Counted from the first letter of the whole stretch, positions 1 to 13,880 are shown. The stretch: DNA of 63,290 nucleotides, filler included, from Octopus bimaculoides (GCF_001194135.2; 7 parts of 7 records of this genome joined end to end with filler, not necessarily neighbours in it); one strand, 5' to 3'. Notes: generated from the letters alone by a model not told the origin. Numbers and translations: made by a program.

Positions 1-45
1 ATACATACATACATACATACATACATACATACATACATACATACA
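1..45. repeat. (ATAC)n microsatellite, representative of dozens of AT, CA, ATAC, CAT, AAT, CAG and CT tracts across the window
   Basis: Direct sequence. Confidence 0.98.
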
Positions 46-74
46 GGATAGAAACTTTAGGGAGGAAAAATATT

Positions 75-180
75 ATGATTAATGATAACATGCTGAACTT
101 TACCATCAGCTCCAAAAGTAGTTTGACAAAACCTATTAAATCAGAGATTGATTTGGTCAGCAAACATCTACTAAGGACGA
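75..180 (+). mobile_element. Penelope-like retroelement RT N-terminal fragment, degraded
   Basis: Translation LTKPIKSEIDLVSKHLLRTINDEI matches the recalled PLE motif (RL)INPAKSEIG.(I/V)SK..L..IN. Confidence 0.6.
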
Positions 181-327
181 TTAATGATGAAATAAAGAGA
201 GATCCTCTCACTTTTCTCTGTGGAGCAACACTAGTGAAGTCATCTCATGGTTTAATGACAGCTATGATATTAGCAGAGCAAGGTCACCTCACTTCAATAC
301 TGTGGATTTATATTGATTATTACAGAT

Positions 328-413
328 GGACCTGTTCATTTAGACACTCAGCTGAACTAAAAACTATGTCGGACCTGTTCTTTTAGACACTCAGCTGAAC
401 TAAAAACTATGTC
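328..413. repeat. 43-bp tandem duplication
   Basis: ggacctgttc(a/t)tttagacactcagctgaactaaaaactatgtc occurs at 328-370 and 371-413 with one mismatch. Confidence 0.95.
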
Positions 414-1199
414 ACTTTGCTGATGGGAAGACAGTAAAATTTGTAATTTAAATCATCCATTTAAAATGGTACCTTCAATATGAATATACTTATTTTAATT
501 ACCAAGAGTCTTTGAAAGAATTAGGAAGTCATTAACTTTATTTCTTCTTTTATTTTTAAAAACATAGATATTATATTTGGTGATTTTTAATTGGGTCGGT
601 TATGAAGATTTAAGTTGTCTTTCTAAGTGGTGGTTTAATTAATAGGAGGACACTCGGACAGATTATGGAGGACACACACACAATAGAAGATAGACGAGCC
701 CCAATAGAAAACGTGACCGGAGTATGACTACCCCACTCCACCACTCCACCACTCCACTACACTATGCAACCCAATGACTAAAAACAGAAAAAGTAAATAA
801 ATGACACGGATACTTGCAGTGTAATATACAAACCCTTATATACACACACGCGCGTACACATACTAATGACTAAATGATAAAGAGAAAACAATAAATAGAT
901 AAATAGGTAAATAAATAAAAAAACATGGGTACAAACGATATAATATACAAACCCCCATATACATGCACACTGGACACATATACTAAACATATAGACATAC
1001 GCACTTGCACAAGCATGCACACACACACACATACATACACACACATGCGTGCACACACACACACACACTCACAAATGCATGTGCAGATAGAGATACATAG
1101 CACAGAGAGACAGAATGGAATAAGCAGGCCAGGAGGAGGCACATAGGACAGAAAATCATTGAAGAAGAGACAGAATGTTTGATGAAAGAACTTTGACAG

Positions 1200-1445
1200 A
1201 TGTCATCATCATCATCATCACCATCAACATTTAATGTCTGTTTTTCATGCTGGCATGTGTTGGATGGCTTGACAGGAATTGGCAAGGCCATGGGCCACAC
1301 CAGGTTCCATAGTCTGTTTTGGGTTAGTTTCTATGGCTGGATGCCCTTCCTAACACCAACCACTCTACTGAGTGTACTGGGTGCTTCTTATGTGGCACCA
1401 GTACCAGTGCTTTTTACATGGCACCAGCACTCACACCAATGGCAC
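1200..1445 (-). mobile_element. RTE LINE 3'UTR fragment with (GAT)n tail
   Basis: (CAT)n followed by tttaatgtctgtttttcatgct...ctggatgcccttcctaac; homologous to the 3'UTR at 54092-54452. Confidence 0.8.
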
Positions 1446-1644
1446 CTTGGTTTTAGGGTCTCAATTCTGTAATGGTTTTCTCAATAAAACTAAAAGTAAT
1501 ATGAATAAAAACTAAAGGGAGGATCAAACAAACAGTAGGTGTGTTTAAGTGGCAAAAAATGATCATCCCCAAGTATAGCAATATCTTTTAATATTATTAA
1601 CTAAAAATGTAAATTGTGATATTTTAATTCATATTCTGCCAACT

Positions 1645-2187
1645 CAGTGCCATGAAATGGGGTAACTTTGAACACTGGGGTAACTTTGAATAAAATATAA
1701 TATTTTGTTTCCTCTTTATATCACAGTTCAAGGTCATACATGAATGCAATTTAATAACAATTTTCCTTCAGCTGAATGGGCTAATTCATTTTTAAAGTGA
1801 GACAAATTCCAATTAGTATCAAGCTTGTGCCAAAATATCAAAAGATCCAGAGCATGTTTAAGTGCTACAGAAATATTCTCATACTTCCAGCACATAAAAG
1901 TGACTCTTGCAGTTGATGGAAAACTTATCCCTCCAAATAACATAACTTTTGAACATAAGTAAAAAAACATTACTGTTCAAAGTAACCTCAAATCAGAAGT
2001 TACTTTGAACAGTGACAATTATATAAAAAAACTAATCAAATATTAACTGCAACTTATTTTTATTTCATATATCAGTTTACCTATTTAGTTCCCCTAACAT
2101 AGTCAAATTTAGTTAAGATTGAAAAAAAGGTTATGAAATTATTGCAATAAGAAGTCTAAAACTGTTCAAAGTAACCCTGTTTCACTG
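1645..2187. mobile_element. Non-autonomous Tc1/pogo-like DNA transposon (MITE)
   Basis: Imperfect TIRs cagtg..gaaatggggtaactttgaaca and tgttcaaagtaaccctgtttcactg followed by TA; the ggtaactttgaaca motif is repeated internally, including a 14-bp inverted pair near 1974-2013. Confidence 0.6.
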
Positions 2188-2462
2188 TATAGACATTGTG
2201 CAATGTTCCCATTTACTTAAATGACTTCTCTACAAATAAAATTTCCGACCAAGGTTCTGTTTTTATCATTACAGTGAGTCTTTCCAGCTGATTTGAAGGA
2301 AACTTGGTTGCTACTACAAGATGGCCAAGTGAGTGGCCTCATTGAAGTGTCTGTGTTTTCTTTACTGCAACGCATATATACTTTTGTATAGCAGTCTAAA
2401 ACCAAATTTCCAATAGAACTTCTTTTTCAAATACTTTTGCGACTAAACAAATGATATTGTAC

Positions 2463-2707
2463 TGCACAAGAGCCAGTCCAGGGGCACTGGCAACGATCTC
2501 GCTCGAAAACCCTACAAGGCCAGTCAGGCGGTACTGGCAACGGTCACGCTCAGGATGGTACATCTTATGTGCCACCCGCACAAGAGCCAGTCCAGGGGCA
2601 CTGGCAACGATCTCACTTGGCTTGCCGGGTCTTCTCACGCACAGCACATTTCCAAAGGTCTCGGTCAGTAGTCATCGCCTCAGTGAGGCCCAATGTTCGA
2701 AGGTCTT
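2463..2707 (-). mobile_element. RTE LINE ORF C-terminus and start of 3'UTR
   Basis: Minus strand reads DLRTLGLTEAMTTDRDLWKCAVREKTRQAK* and runs directly into the modular 3'UTR repeat. Confidence 0.85.
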
Positions 2708-3557
2708 NNNNNNNNNNNNNNNNNNNNNNNNNNNNNNNNNNNNNNNNNNNNTTAATTAATTAANNNNNNNNNNNNNNNNNNNNNNNNNNNNNNNNNNNNN
2801 NNNNNNNTCTTCTTCTTCTTCTTCTTCTTCTTCTTCTTCTTCTTTCTTCTTTTCATTAATATTTATCGTCAATTTTAATTTTGACTTTTTTTTCCCTCTT
2901 TTTTTTTCATAAGTGAATTCTCAAGTTTGATATTTACCTTTTGGCAAATTAGAATGTTAGAATCCTATCTCTAAAACGAAAATGAATAATTAAGCATTTA
3001 AATAAATAAGATGATTATATATATATATATATACACATACACACAAACATTTGTATACACACGTACACTTATATATACACACATATATATACATGTATGT
3101 GTTTGTGAATATATGCGACTGTGTGAGCATGTGTCTGTGTGTGTATGTATATATACCCACGCACATGCATACATACTCATACATGCATACATACATTCAT
3201 ACATACATACACACATATACCCATTTATATCCGTATATTTGAAATCACTGAAACAAAATCAAACATCTAAGAAAATAATATTGGTTGTAGTTCAGTGGGT
3301 AATCGAACTAATTTTGGCAACATAAACTAGAAAAATCACACGCGCAGTGAATACGCTGAATGTCTAGTATTTATATATAAACGACTTTGAACGTTCATAG
3401 GGTCATACTGGAGAGTCTGTATATTTTATTAGCAGCTGGTTATTCTTGATTAAAATTTTCTGAGTTCATTGTATTTCGATTATGGAAATGATTGAGTATA
3501 CGTTCAAATACGTAAATATCTTATAAATATCTATATTTGCATATAGATACATATGGA

Positions 3558-3752
3558 GGGGCAAGCGTGGCTGTGTGGTAAGAAAGCTGCTTTCCAATCA
3601 CATGGTTCCGGATTCAGTCCCACTGCGTGACACCTTGGGCAAGTCTCTTCTACTATAGCCTCGGGCATATATATATATATATATATAATGTGTTTCTTTA
3701 AGTTTCCGTCTACCAAATTCACTCACAAGGCTTTGATCGGCCCGAGGTTATA
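3558..3752. mobile_element. Two fragments of tRNA-derived SINE family A in inverted orientation around an (AT)n tract
   Basis: Plus-strand head with A-box-like tggctgtgtgg, B-box-like ggattcagtccc and ccttgggcaagt (3558-3666); minus-strand body about 3695-3752. Confidence 0.85.
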
Positions 3753-4379
3753 TATATATCTTTATATTAATAAGGATAAGATCGATATTTAAAATATTGA
3801 TTTTATCAAGTGGCCAGCATGAACATTTATTGTGGTTTAGAGTCAAGATTTGACTGCTATTTTCAGTGTGGCGGTATCTCTTAGATACCCTATATTATAA
3901 TTTAATAATACACACACACACACACACACANNNNNNNNNNNNNNNNNNNNNNNNNNNNNNNNNNNNNNNNNNNNNNNNNNNNNNNNNNNNNNNNNNNNNN
4001 NNNNNNNNNNNNNNNNNNNNNNNNNNNNNNNNNNNNNNNNNNNNNNNNNNNNNNNNNNNNNNNNNNNNNNNNNNNNNNNNNNNNNNNNNNNNNNNNNNNN
4101 NNNNNNNNNNNNNNNNNNNNNNNNNNNNNNNNNNNNNNNNNNNNNNNNNNNNNNNNNNNNNNNNNNNNNNNNNNNNNNNNNNNNNNNNNNNNNNNNNNNN
4201 NNNNNNNNNNNNNNNNNNNNNNNNNNNNNNNNNNNNNNNNNNNNNNNNNNNNNNNNNNNNNNNNNNNNNNNNNNNNNNNNNNNNNNNNNNNNNNNNNNNN
4301 NNNNNNNNNNNNNNNNNNNNNNNNNNNNNNNNNNNNNNNNNNNNNNNNNNACATATACATATGACTGTATCTATATAAA

Positions 4380-4444
<65 letters not shown>

Positions 4445-4929
4445 GTATGTATTTTATAACCCTATAAACACACGAATATATTAACTTGGACAAAACGGAT
4501 ATGCGGTAATCGTAAGAAATTATCTCGTATAGATGTCAAGTGATAGAATTTCATAATACAAGAGTCACAGCATCCGATATTGATCAGATTTCATGTACCA
4601 AATTAATCTCTGCATTTATAGCAACTATCATCCATAAGATATCAGTTCTTAGGACGATGACAGGAGCTTACGAAATCCAAAACAGCACATGCAAATTAAG
4701 CTGGATGTGCACGTTTATATTTCCTTATAAGACTAATAACATACATACATACATGCATACATAAATACATACATACACCGGTACCTATTTTGTTGTTAAG
4801 CTCGGTTCTTATTTTATCGGTCTCTTTGCTGAACCACTAACTTACGAGGGAGGAAAACACCAACACCAATCGTGATGCGGTGATGGGGGATACACACACA
4901 CGCGCCACACACTAGCAATCAGACGGAGC

Positions 4930-5360
4930 ATAATGAAAACAGTCTCAAAAGGCCACCAGATAAGCATAAAAATAATAAAAATACGAATAACTGCACATGC
5001 GGTAGACAATCTGCTTGTCTACTGTTGAACCAATGTGTCCAAAAAATTATAGTATATAAACGCATAATTTCTACATCCCGACATATATACGTGTACATAG
5101 GTACCACGGAAAACCAATTCAAAGTCCGATATTGAAACCACATCTCGACGTTCCGAAAAATAAATAGACGACGTGTGACCTCACTGGCAGACCTCCTTCA
5201 GGGACTGAAAGAATCAAAAATTAAATACCAAATGGAAAGGTCAAAAACGAAAAAAATGCACACCCATGTGATTCGCTATCTGATAAATGTGACCTTAGCC
5301 TTGAGGAAGCACTGAGTATACCACTGAGTAATGAAAATCCTGCGATTGAATATAAATATA
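4930..5360 (+). mobile_element. Penelope-like retroelement GIY-YIG endonuclease region, degraded
   Basis: NNCTCGRQSACLLLNQCVQKIIVYKRII...YIGTTENQFKVRY*NHISTF...TSLA...LKE, then a frameshift to HPCDSLSDKCDLSLEEALSI; matches the C-terminal PLE EN pattern VYK..YIG.TEN.FK.RY.NH..(S/T)F. Confidence 0.8.
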
Positions 5361-5925
5361 TAGTATAAAATTTGACAGACTACTCCAAGATACAATCGTC
5401 GTTGTGCTACTCTCAAACATCCTGAACAGCTCTTCTATATGTGAAATTCAGTTGAGTCATTATATACACTTACTGGAAGAAACATTTTGAGGTTATGCCA
5501 TATATTGTTTCCACTATACAAAATATATTATTGTTATATTTTTGTTCTCCCACCCTTCTCTATCATTTTTATACTACATCTTTATTTAGACAAAATGTGT
5601 TGTCAGCACACATCGCAATAATTATTCATTCATACTGTCATGAATACGTTTTAAATTCATATTATTTTCTCGTAGCCCGATTTATTTTTAATTAAAAAAT
5701 GTTCTACATATGAACATTCTGTGTTTAACCATAATGAAAATACATCCAGGGTATTTAAAAGCTCGATTATTAACACATCGTTAAACTCTAATATATTAAT
5801 ACAATGTAATAAATATTGATGGAATAAACATGAATGCAGATACGGAATCGGCTGAAACGCTACTTGAGAGCAACTCATTTAAAGTAACAAACAGATTTTT
5901 TTCTCTTCTCAACGTGTGTGCGTAA

Positions 5926-5956
<31 letters not shown>

Positions 5957-6306
5957 TGTNNNNNNNNNNNNNNNNNNNNNNNNNNNNNNNNNNNNNNNNN
6001 NNNNNNNNNNNNNNNNNNNNNNNNNNNNNNNNNNNNNNNNNNNNNNNNNNNNNNNNNNNNNNNNNNNNNNNNNNNNNNNNNNNNNNNNNNNNNNNNNNNN
6101 NNNNNNNNNNNNNNNNNNNNNNNNNNNNNNNNNNNNNNNNNNNNNNNNNNNNNNNNNNNNNNNNNNNNNNNNNNNNNNNNNNNNNNNNNNNNNNNNNNNN
6201 NNNNNNNNNNNNNNNNNNNNNNNNNNNNNNNTATATATATATATATATTTTTGTGTGTGTGAGAGAGTGTCTGTGTGTGTGTATGTATATATACATACAT
6301 ATATAT

Positions 6307-6501
6307 TGTTTTTGAAATTTGGGATACATACATTCATACATGTACATTCACGATCTCACTTAGACTGACAGACAGGCACACACACAAACATATACACACA
6401 CTAACTGTGTGTGTATATGTTTGTGTGTGTGCCTGTCTGTCAGTCTAAGTGAGATTGTGAATGTACATGTATGAATGTATGTATCCCAAATTTCAAAAAC
6501 A
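6307..6501. repeat. 195-bp near-perfect palindrome (95-bp arms, 5-nt loop)
   Basis: 6307-6401 is the reverse complement of 6407-6501 with one mismatch; loop taact. Confidence 0.95.
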
Positions 6502-6904
6502 GATGGAAATCTAACAGGTCTACAGTACATCGACATATGATATATTTGTTACGTTACTGAAAAAGAAACGTTATTAATAACGTTACATTTATAAATGTAC
6601 TATGGCATGTGCAGAGGCACGTGATATTTTTATGCCGTCAGCGCTGTATCCAAGAGAAAATGACAGGGGCTTGATGTGAATAGTGCTATTGTATACTAAA
6701 TATTAATGCAATTGTGCATATTTTCGTATACTTAGTAAACAACTTGACAAATATCCGGTTATAAATACCCCCTGCGTGTTTACGTTCGTATGACGTAATT
6801 TTATCCTGTGTAGGAAAATCCGGGTTAAAGTCTTACACAGATTATGCATAGAAATCAAAACATAACGCGATAGTTTGTTTTTAACTTTTCATTCGCAACT
6901 ATGC

Positions 6905-7051
6905 GTGACTGTATGGTAAGGAGCTTAATTCCATAGCACATGATTTCCGGTTCGGTCCCACTGCGATGCACCTTGGTCAATTGCCTTTTACTACAGCATC
7001 GGGCCTATCGAATCCTTGTAAGTTTCAGACCCGAACTGAAAGAAGCTCGTT
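6905..7051 (+). mobile_element. SINE family A head and body, diverged
   Basis: gtatggtaaggagctt...ggttcggtcccactgcgatgcaccttggtcaa...actgaaagaagctcgt. Confidence 0.8.
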
Positions 7052-10000
7052 ATATATACATGTCTATATGTGTGTATGCATGTATATATATATATATATA
7101 TATATAAATGACTTGAGATACTCGTTCTGCTTGGTTTTGATTTTTCCTCTAACATAATGTATATGTGTCTGTGTATGAATTTACATATATACTATACTTA
7201 TATATGTGTGCGTGTGTGTACGTGCGTGTGTGTACGTGCGNNNNNNNNNNGTGTACGTGCGTGTGTGTACGTGCGTGTGTTTGAATGTGTATGCATTTGT
7301 GTGAGTGTATTAGCGATTGAAGCAGTATTTATACCGAAAGGCAATCTTTATATCTATCTTAAGGAGTATGTATTTAACATTACATATGTATATCTCTCTA
7401 CCCATGTCTCTCTCACACTGTTTCTCTATCTTCCTCATTTTTTATCTATCTGTCTATCTATCCATCTATCCATCAAGTTGTTGTCTCGTTTTGCTAAATA
7501 ATATTTTGTGTTACTATATCACTCAAAGCTAATACTTCAAATAATTAAGTTATAATCGCATTCAAACTCACAGACATGCAAAATAAAGCGAAAGAAACCA
7601 AAGTAAAAAGTTAGAATCATATAACAAATTACTAACAATAAAACAAATTATTAATTAATTAACAATTTAGTAAAATTTAAGTATTCTTCCATGCAATATA
7701 AAAATGAAATGAATTTTTGAAAATGTTTTTTAAATTTACATTACGAATGAAGTGTGTGTATGTGATAAGTTGGTAGTGCCTGCAGTATGATGCAATTAAT
7801 GATTAGATTAGAGGGATAAAAACTGAATCTGCAGAAAGTATAATGTAAGGGTTAATAATGTCATTAATAAGTTACATGCACAGATACACGTACACTTACA
7901 CACGTACATACTTGGACACATACGTAGATACTCATACTGACTGAACATACCTACATAAATATAGAGACGTACTCATATGCATACACACTCAGAATGAATA
8001 TCCCCTTAAACTCTCAAAAGGACAATTTAGCAGTTGCAGTAACAACAGCAATAATAAGAACAACAACAATAATAATAATTATTATTATTTCTTTTATTTG
8101 CCACAACGGCTTACGTAACATAACAATAAATGACATGCGACAACATAAAAGACAAAAACTGGACGATATAGTGGGTTTTACGATGTGTAAAAAATAAATA
8201 AAAATAAAATTCAACAAATTAAAACTCCTCATAGAGGAGGCGCTTCAAGGTCCTCGTAGGAAAATCCACAAAAGTCACGGGTGCCTGATCAACAGAGCAA
8301 GAGCCCTTCTTTAATTTTTCACACTGGTCATTCTTCCAACATTTCAACAACAAAAAGACACAAATACAGTAATATTGAAATAAGAATCTGTCTCGTCTAA
8401 AGAAGAACATATTAGACAATGCAATTGTCCTTGAAACACTATCAGAAAGATAAAAGAAACATCATATATGATTATGATGGTTGTAGTACCATTAATGCTA
8501 CGTCTAGAGGATCAGAAATCTCCAGGGATTAAAAATAACGAGGATCACTTCACTGAAATAGTATTCTATTGCAACTGAGTTACACTGCAGATTTTCAATG
8601 ACTAGACAGTATTTTAAATACTTGTCATTTATTGTATCGGAAAAAATCTTTGTTTCACAAAGTATAAAACCCACGCACACACACGCACGCACACACCGAC
8701 GAACGCGCGCACACACAAACACACACACACACACACATACACTTTTGTTAGAGTATGGTTCTAGTGGTCTGTGTCTCTTGCAATATTTGAGTTTAGATGT
8801 GTTATATGTTGTGTGGTAGATTGGTGTTTGACTCGCAGAAAGATACTTCGTATTCACTTTCAGATAGTAGGACAATCTTCGAAAACGCAAACTTCACGAG
8901 TCAACCCGTGTTGGAGTTACGTTTTGGCCTTTCCCCATATCTGTCACTTAATATATTATATTTGTAACATATGACGTGATACAAATAAGGAAGCTGGCCG
9001 AAGTGATTGTTTCAGAATCCCAAAACGAAAAGTTACAAACGCAAACCCCGTTGCCGTTCGTTGACTAAGTTAAATATATTTCCTAGATGTCTCTGCCTAC
9101 CTAATTGTAGATATTGTCGTTGATTTGCCATTCCTCAATTTTGTGGGCGTAGTAAAATAAGTAGGGGGCGTGTTTTGTTTATTGTTCGCAAATAATTATC
9201 GACAATTTTTTTTAAAATTAAATATATCTTCTGTTTTCGTATTGGCTGTGCAAGGCAAATCTTTAAAAGTTACATATATGTTGTCTTAACGTTTTTAGCA
9301 GTGTAAGCTAAACCTTTAAAAGTTACATACACCTTCTCTTTACATTTTAGCAGTGTAAGCGAAAACTTTAAACTGAATCATATACAGAGAAATACAGTTC
9401 TAATCATGTATAGCAGTTCTATTTACTCACTGTAGTTCTATGCCAAATTAAACTGATCCGAACTCAAGCACTTCAGGGTTTTACTGAATAAATCTTTTCA
9501 AAGGAGACGCATAACTATTTTCTTGAAATTTTGTCTACGGGGAAAGTGTGTCAATCATATTTGAAACAGCACTGTAAATATTATTTCAAGCTTTACCCCA
9601 ACTATGATCGATATTCATAGAATAAAACGCTTTAAGGGGTTTTGTAATGTGGCTTTTGTCTGCTGGAAACCATATTCGATTATCGGATATATTGCTTTGC
9701 ATACGAGGCGGTTTAAAGATTTAGTTTAAACTACAAAAAACATAATAAGAAACGCAATAAGATTTTTTTTTTAATTTTCTCCTGACACAAACCATTCGTG
9801 AATAATGAAGAAAACATACCCCTCCTCCCCTTTATCTTTCGAAACCCACAAAATGGAGAAACGATTATAACATTTAATTAAATATGTGATACGTTTGTCT
9901 GCAAGTAATTTAAGACCCAAAGAAAGATGGAAGCATATAAAAAGGACACAATAACATCAGATAAGAAATATTTCGAAAATACAACGCGAAAATGCTAATT

Positions 10001-10409
10001 GAACTGTAAGGAAATAACAGTACAAAATGAAAAACACAAAAACACAACAACAAGATAATAACTACTAAACTAAAGACAAACCTAATCCCAAATCAAAACC
10101 AAAAACACTATCCATCCATTTGTGCGCGTGTATTATTTTAATTAAATGCCATAATGAAACTACATAATTACTTCAACGTCGGGTTAATTGACATTATTTC
10201 CGAACCAAAATGGATGTAATTGTTAAAATATGGCCTTGCTAAAACCGATAGATTAGGAGTAGGGAATTCGATCTCTTCTGGCTGTGAGTTATTGATATTC
10301 AGTTTTATGATAACGAGAAAGATGAAAACAAGAAAGAGACATGATGATGATGATGATGATGATTATTATTATTAATAATAATAATAGTAATAATAATAAT
10401 AATAATAAT

Positions 10410-10624
10410 GGTGATTTCAAATTTTTGCTAAAAGCGAAGCTTGGGGGAGGGGATTAAGTCGATTACATCGACCCCAATGTGTACCTGGTACTTACGCAAT
10501 CGACCCCGAAAGGATGAAAGGCAAATTCGACCTCGGTGGAATTTTTAACTCAGGACATAGCGATGGGCGAATTATCGCTAAGCACTTGTTCCAACGCGCT
10601 AAAGATTCTGCCAGCTCGTCGCCT
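10410..10624 (-). mobile_element. tRNA-derived SINE family B
   Basis: Reverse complement begins ggcgacgagctggcagaatc and contains gcctttcatcctttcggggtcga; homologous to 15891-16126 and 43255-43490. Confidence 0.85.
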
Positions 10625-10695
10625 TAATAATAATAATAATAATGATAATAATAATAATAATAGTGATAATAATAATAATAATAATAATAATAATG

Positions 10696-10763
<68 letters not shown>

Positions 10764-10927
10764 NNNNNNNNNNNNNNNNNNNNNNNNNNNNNNNNNNNNN
10801 NNNNNNNTTAATTAATTAANNNNNNNNNNNNNNNNNNNNNNNNNNNNNNNNNNNNNNNNNNNNTATATGCAGATATATGTATACTTTTGTATGTACATAT
10901 ATATACTTATATATATGCCTATATATG

Positions 10928-10979
<52 letters not shown>

Positions 10980-11423
10980 CTTACATACATACATACATAT
11001 ATACACACATACACATGTTTAGATAGAAAGACAGATAGATAGATAAATAGATAGATGCATACACATTTATATATAACCATATCTCTCACCCTTTTTGTAT
11101 ACATACATATAGATACTCATACCTAAATATTTATATACACCTATAAATATGCATACCTATACATGTATATATGTGTATGTATATGGTTTTTACAGCTGGA
11201 TGCCCTTCCAAATGATAACCACTTTACAGTGTGGATTGGATGCTTTTTATGTGGCATCAACATATTCTCATTCACATTACATCTATATATATTTTACGTG
11301 AGCGATAATATTTTGAAAACAGAATTGTTTAATATTTAATTTTATATAGATATTTATGTGTGTGTGTGTGAAACTGATAAAGCAAATACAATTTATGAGA
11401 AAAATTTGCAGTTTTATTTTCAG

Positions 11424-11546
11424 TAAAATCTTTGAAGGTTGTATGCATGCTTTACTGCTTCTGACAGTTACTGCCACTCCATTTGTTGTTTTACTCTTCT
11501 TTCCCACAAATATGACTGACAGAACACACACTGCATTTTATTATAT
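11424..11546 (+). CDS. Candidate internal coding exon with a hydrophobic stretch; gene unidentified
   Basis: Acceptor ttttattttcag, donor AT|gtaaga, 123 nt, phase 2-2, single open frame KIFEGCMHALLLLTVTATPFVVLLFFPTNMTDRTHTAFYY. No family recognised. Confidence 0.25.
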
Positions 11547-12354
11547 GTAAGATATGTATATGTGTATAGATATATATCCATATATATGTTTATAGATACA
11601 AGCATCAATTTATTAGGGTGCACATATATATTTGAGGATATAATTGAGGCATAGCTGACTAAAATTAGGTATGTATGTATACATGTGTATAAATGTATGT
11701 GTACATCCATGTTATTATATTTTTTGGTGTACAATTACATCTATACATATAAATTTGATATGGGCAATTCTTTCTTGTCTTAGGATTCATGGTCAAACGG
11801 CTGGGTGGAATGCGTGAAAAATTACACAGATGTATAGAATGATCCAGTGATATTGCTGGATTTTGTATTTTTTTCATAGCTCCCATGGTTACCGAGATAT
11901 TCTACTATAATAATACTCTTGTGTTTATGAATGAGAAAGGAAGGGATGATGTCATACTTGGTAGTGGGATGATGAAAATTGTACGCTGAAAACAATAAAG
12001 TAGTGTTTCAACTCTGTGTGAATATATATGTGTGTATGTAAAGGGGTGGGTATGTGAATGTGTGTTTGCATGTGCATGCATGTGTGTGCTTGTGTGTGCA
12101 TGTGTGCGCGCAATGGAAGTGGGATAGTTCGTCTTTGTTTACTTAGTATTTGGGTTTATTTTTTGATTTGGTTGAATCTTGGTTTTTTTTTTGTTGGTCA
12201 TTTATTTTTAGCGTTTTGACAGAAAAAAGTCATTCTAAAATTGTTTTTTAACGTAAGCGTGCCCAAACAAGTCGAATGCTTACACAGAGCAGGTTTTACA
12301 GCCACATCATCCAGACTGACCAGGTGAAACTGGGCTTAGCTGCTAGTATATATA

Positions 12355-12398
<44 letters not shown>

Positions 12399-12399
<1 letters not shown>

Positions 12400-12558
12400 G
12401 ACAGGCTTCTTTCAGTTTTCATCTTCCAAATCCACTCACAAGGCTTTGGTCAGTTTGAGGCTATAGTAGAAGGCACTTGCCCAAGGTGCCATGCAGTGGG
12501 ACTGAATTTGGAACCATGTGGTTGGGCAGCAAGCTTCTTACCACACAGCCACTCCTGC
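12399..12558 (-). mobile_element. SINE family A head and body
   Basis: cgacaggcttctttcagtttt...ccaaggtgccatgcagtgggactgaa...accacacagccactcc. Confidence 0.88.
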
Positions 12559-12705
12559 GATATATATATAAATTGTAAATCCAAAATAAAAAAATAACAA
12601 CAAAACTACAAAGGATTCCGCAGTACACGTGTTTCAAGCTCTACATGTGTATAATATAATATAACATAATATAATATAACATAATATATGTGTATAATAT
12701 GTGTA

Positions 12706-12751
<46 letters not shown>

Positions 12752-13610
12752 GTAGGTAGGTAGGTATTTATGTATGTATACACATATATACATGCCTGAA
12801 CTTGCACCCACTCACACTCACACATTTGTGTATTTCCTTTTATTTTCAATCAGCAGAAATGACTCATAGGCACAGAATTTCTCACATAGTACCTATCAAA
12901 CTGCTGTTTGATAAGTACTCAGTACAAAACTCTCCACTCTTGCGTAACTTCCAAAGGGTGTTCAGCTATCAAGAAGACAGTAGTTGAGTTTAGGGTATAA
13001 ATTAACATTGCTGTGCATTTGAAAATCCAGTAACAGCAATGGTGGAGAATGTATAATAATTATAGAGTAGTTCTGTTTCTGTCTTTTGTTTTTCATACAT
13101 TTGCACCATATGTCATATACTCTTATGTCAGGAGTAGACCCAAGGGAGGTGGGGGCCTGAGGGGCATGTGGTCTCCTCTAGAAAAGAAGTACACTCTTCT
13201 GGAATTGTATTCCCTTCTGACCTTGTGCTCTACTTTGAAAAATGCCTTGGACTGCACCTGTATGTGGTCACCCCAGTTTTTCTTGGACCTTCATCTCTAC
13301 TTTACTGTCATGGATCTTGCTGCACACTGTTTTTGATTTGTATCATACCAATCTACCACAACTTTTTGAGTGTCTGGTAAACCGTTAACCCAAACATGTT
13401 TTTTTTCTCTCTCCATTTCCTTTCTTTGCTCCTTTGTATTGCAGAGCATAGGCTCGAAATGTTAAAGACTTTTCCATTTTTCCTGAGCATCAAACTAACA
13501 CACCTTGTTTGCTGTTCCCTCTCTTGTCTTTGGTTTTTGTTTTTTCTCCATTTGTACCATGTATGTATGCTTATATATACTTATATGTACATGTGTGTGT
13601 GTGTTTATAT

Positions 13611-13681
<71 letters not shown>

Positions 13682-13699
13682 CACCATCATCATCGTTAT

Positions 13700-13880
13700 C
13701 ATCATTTAATTTCCATTTCACATGCTAGCATGGGTTTGACAGTTTGACAGGAGCTAGCCAGACTCCAATTGTCTGTTGTGGCATGGTTTCTACAACTGGA
13801 TGCCCTTCCTAATGCCAACCACTTTACAGAATGTGGTGGGTGCTTTTAACATGCCACCAGCATTGGTGTGTTTATGCAGT
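13700..13880 (-). mobile_element. RTE-type 3'UTR fragment after a long (CAT)n tract
   Basis: tttccatttcacatgctagcatgggttt...ctggatgcccttcctaatgccaacc. Confidence 0.75.

Noticed and set aside
778-1146. Many ORF-track entries rich in CV, HT, YI, poly-H/S/M/A, or spanning X runs, throughout the window
   Set aside because: They are translations of microsatellites or read-through of assembly gaps.
2752-2763. Recurrent TTAATTAATTAA islands inside N runs (also 10808, 38143, 45378, 51312, 62160)
   Set aside because: The same 12-mer centred between similar-length N blocks each time indicates a scaffolding placeholder, not biology.
3558-3666. SINE heads as functional tRNA genes (also 12399-12558 and 54895-55018)
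   Set aside because: They have A and B boxes but no complete cloverleaf and continue into shared SINE bodies.
5295-5345. CCTTGAGGAAG...TGAAA hammerhead-like look-alike
   Set aside because: The core is not CUGANGA, no stems form, and the stretch is explained as PLE coding sequence (CDLSLEEAL).
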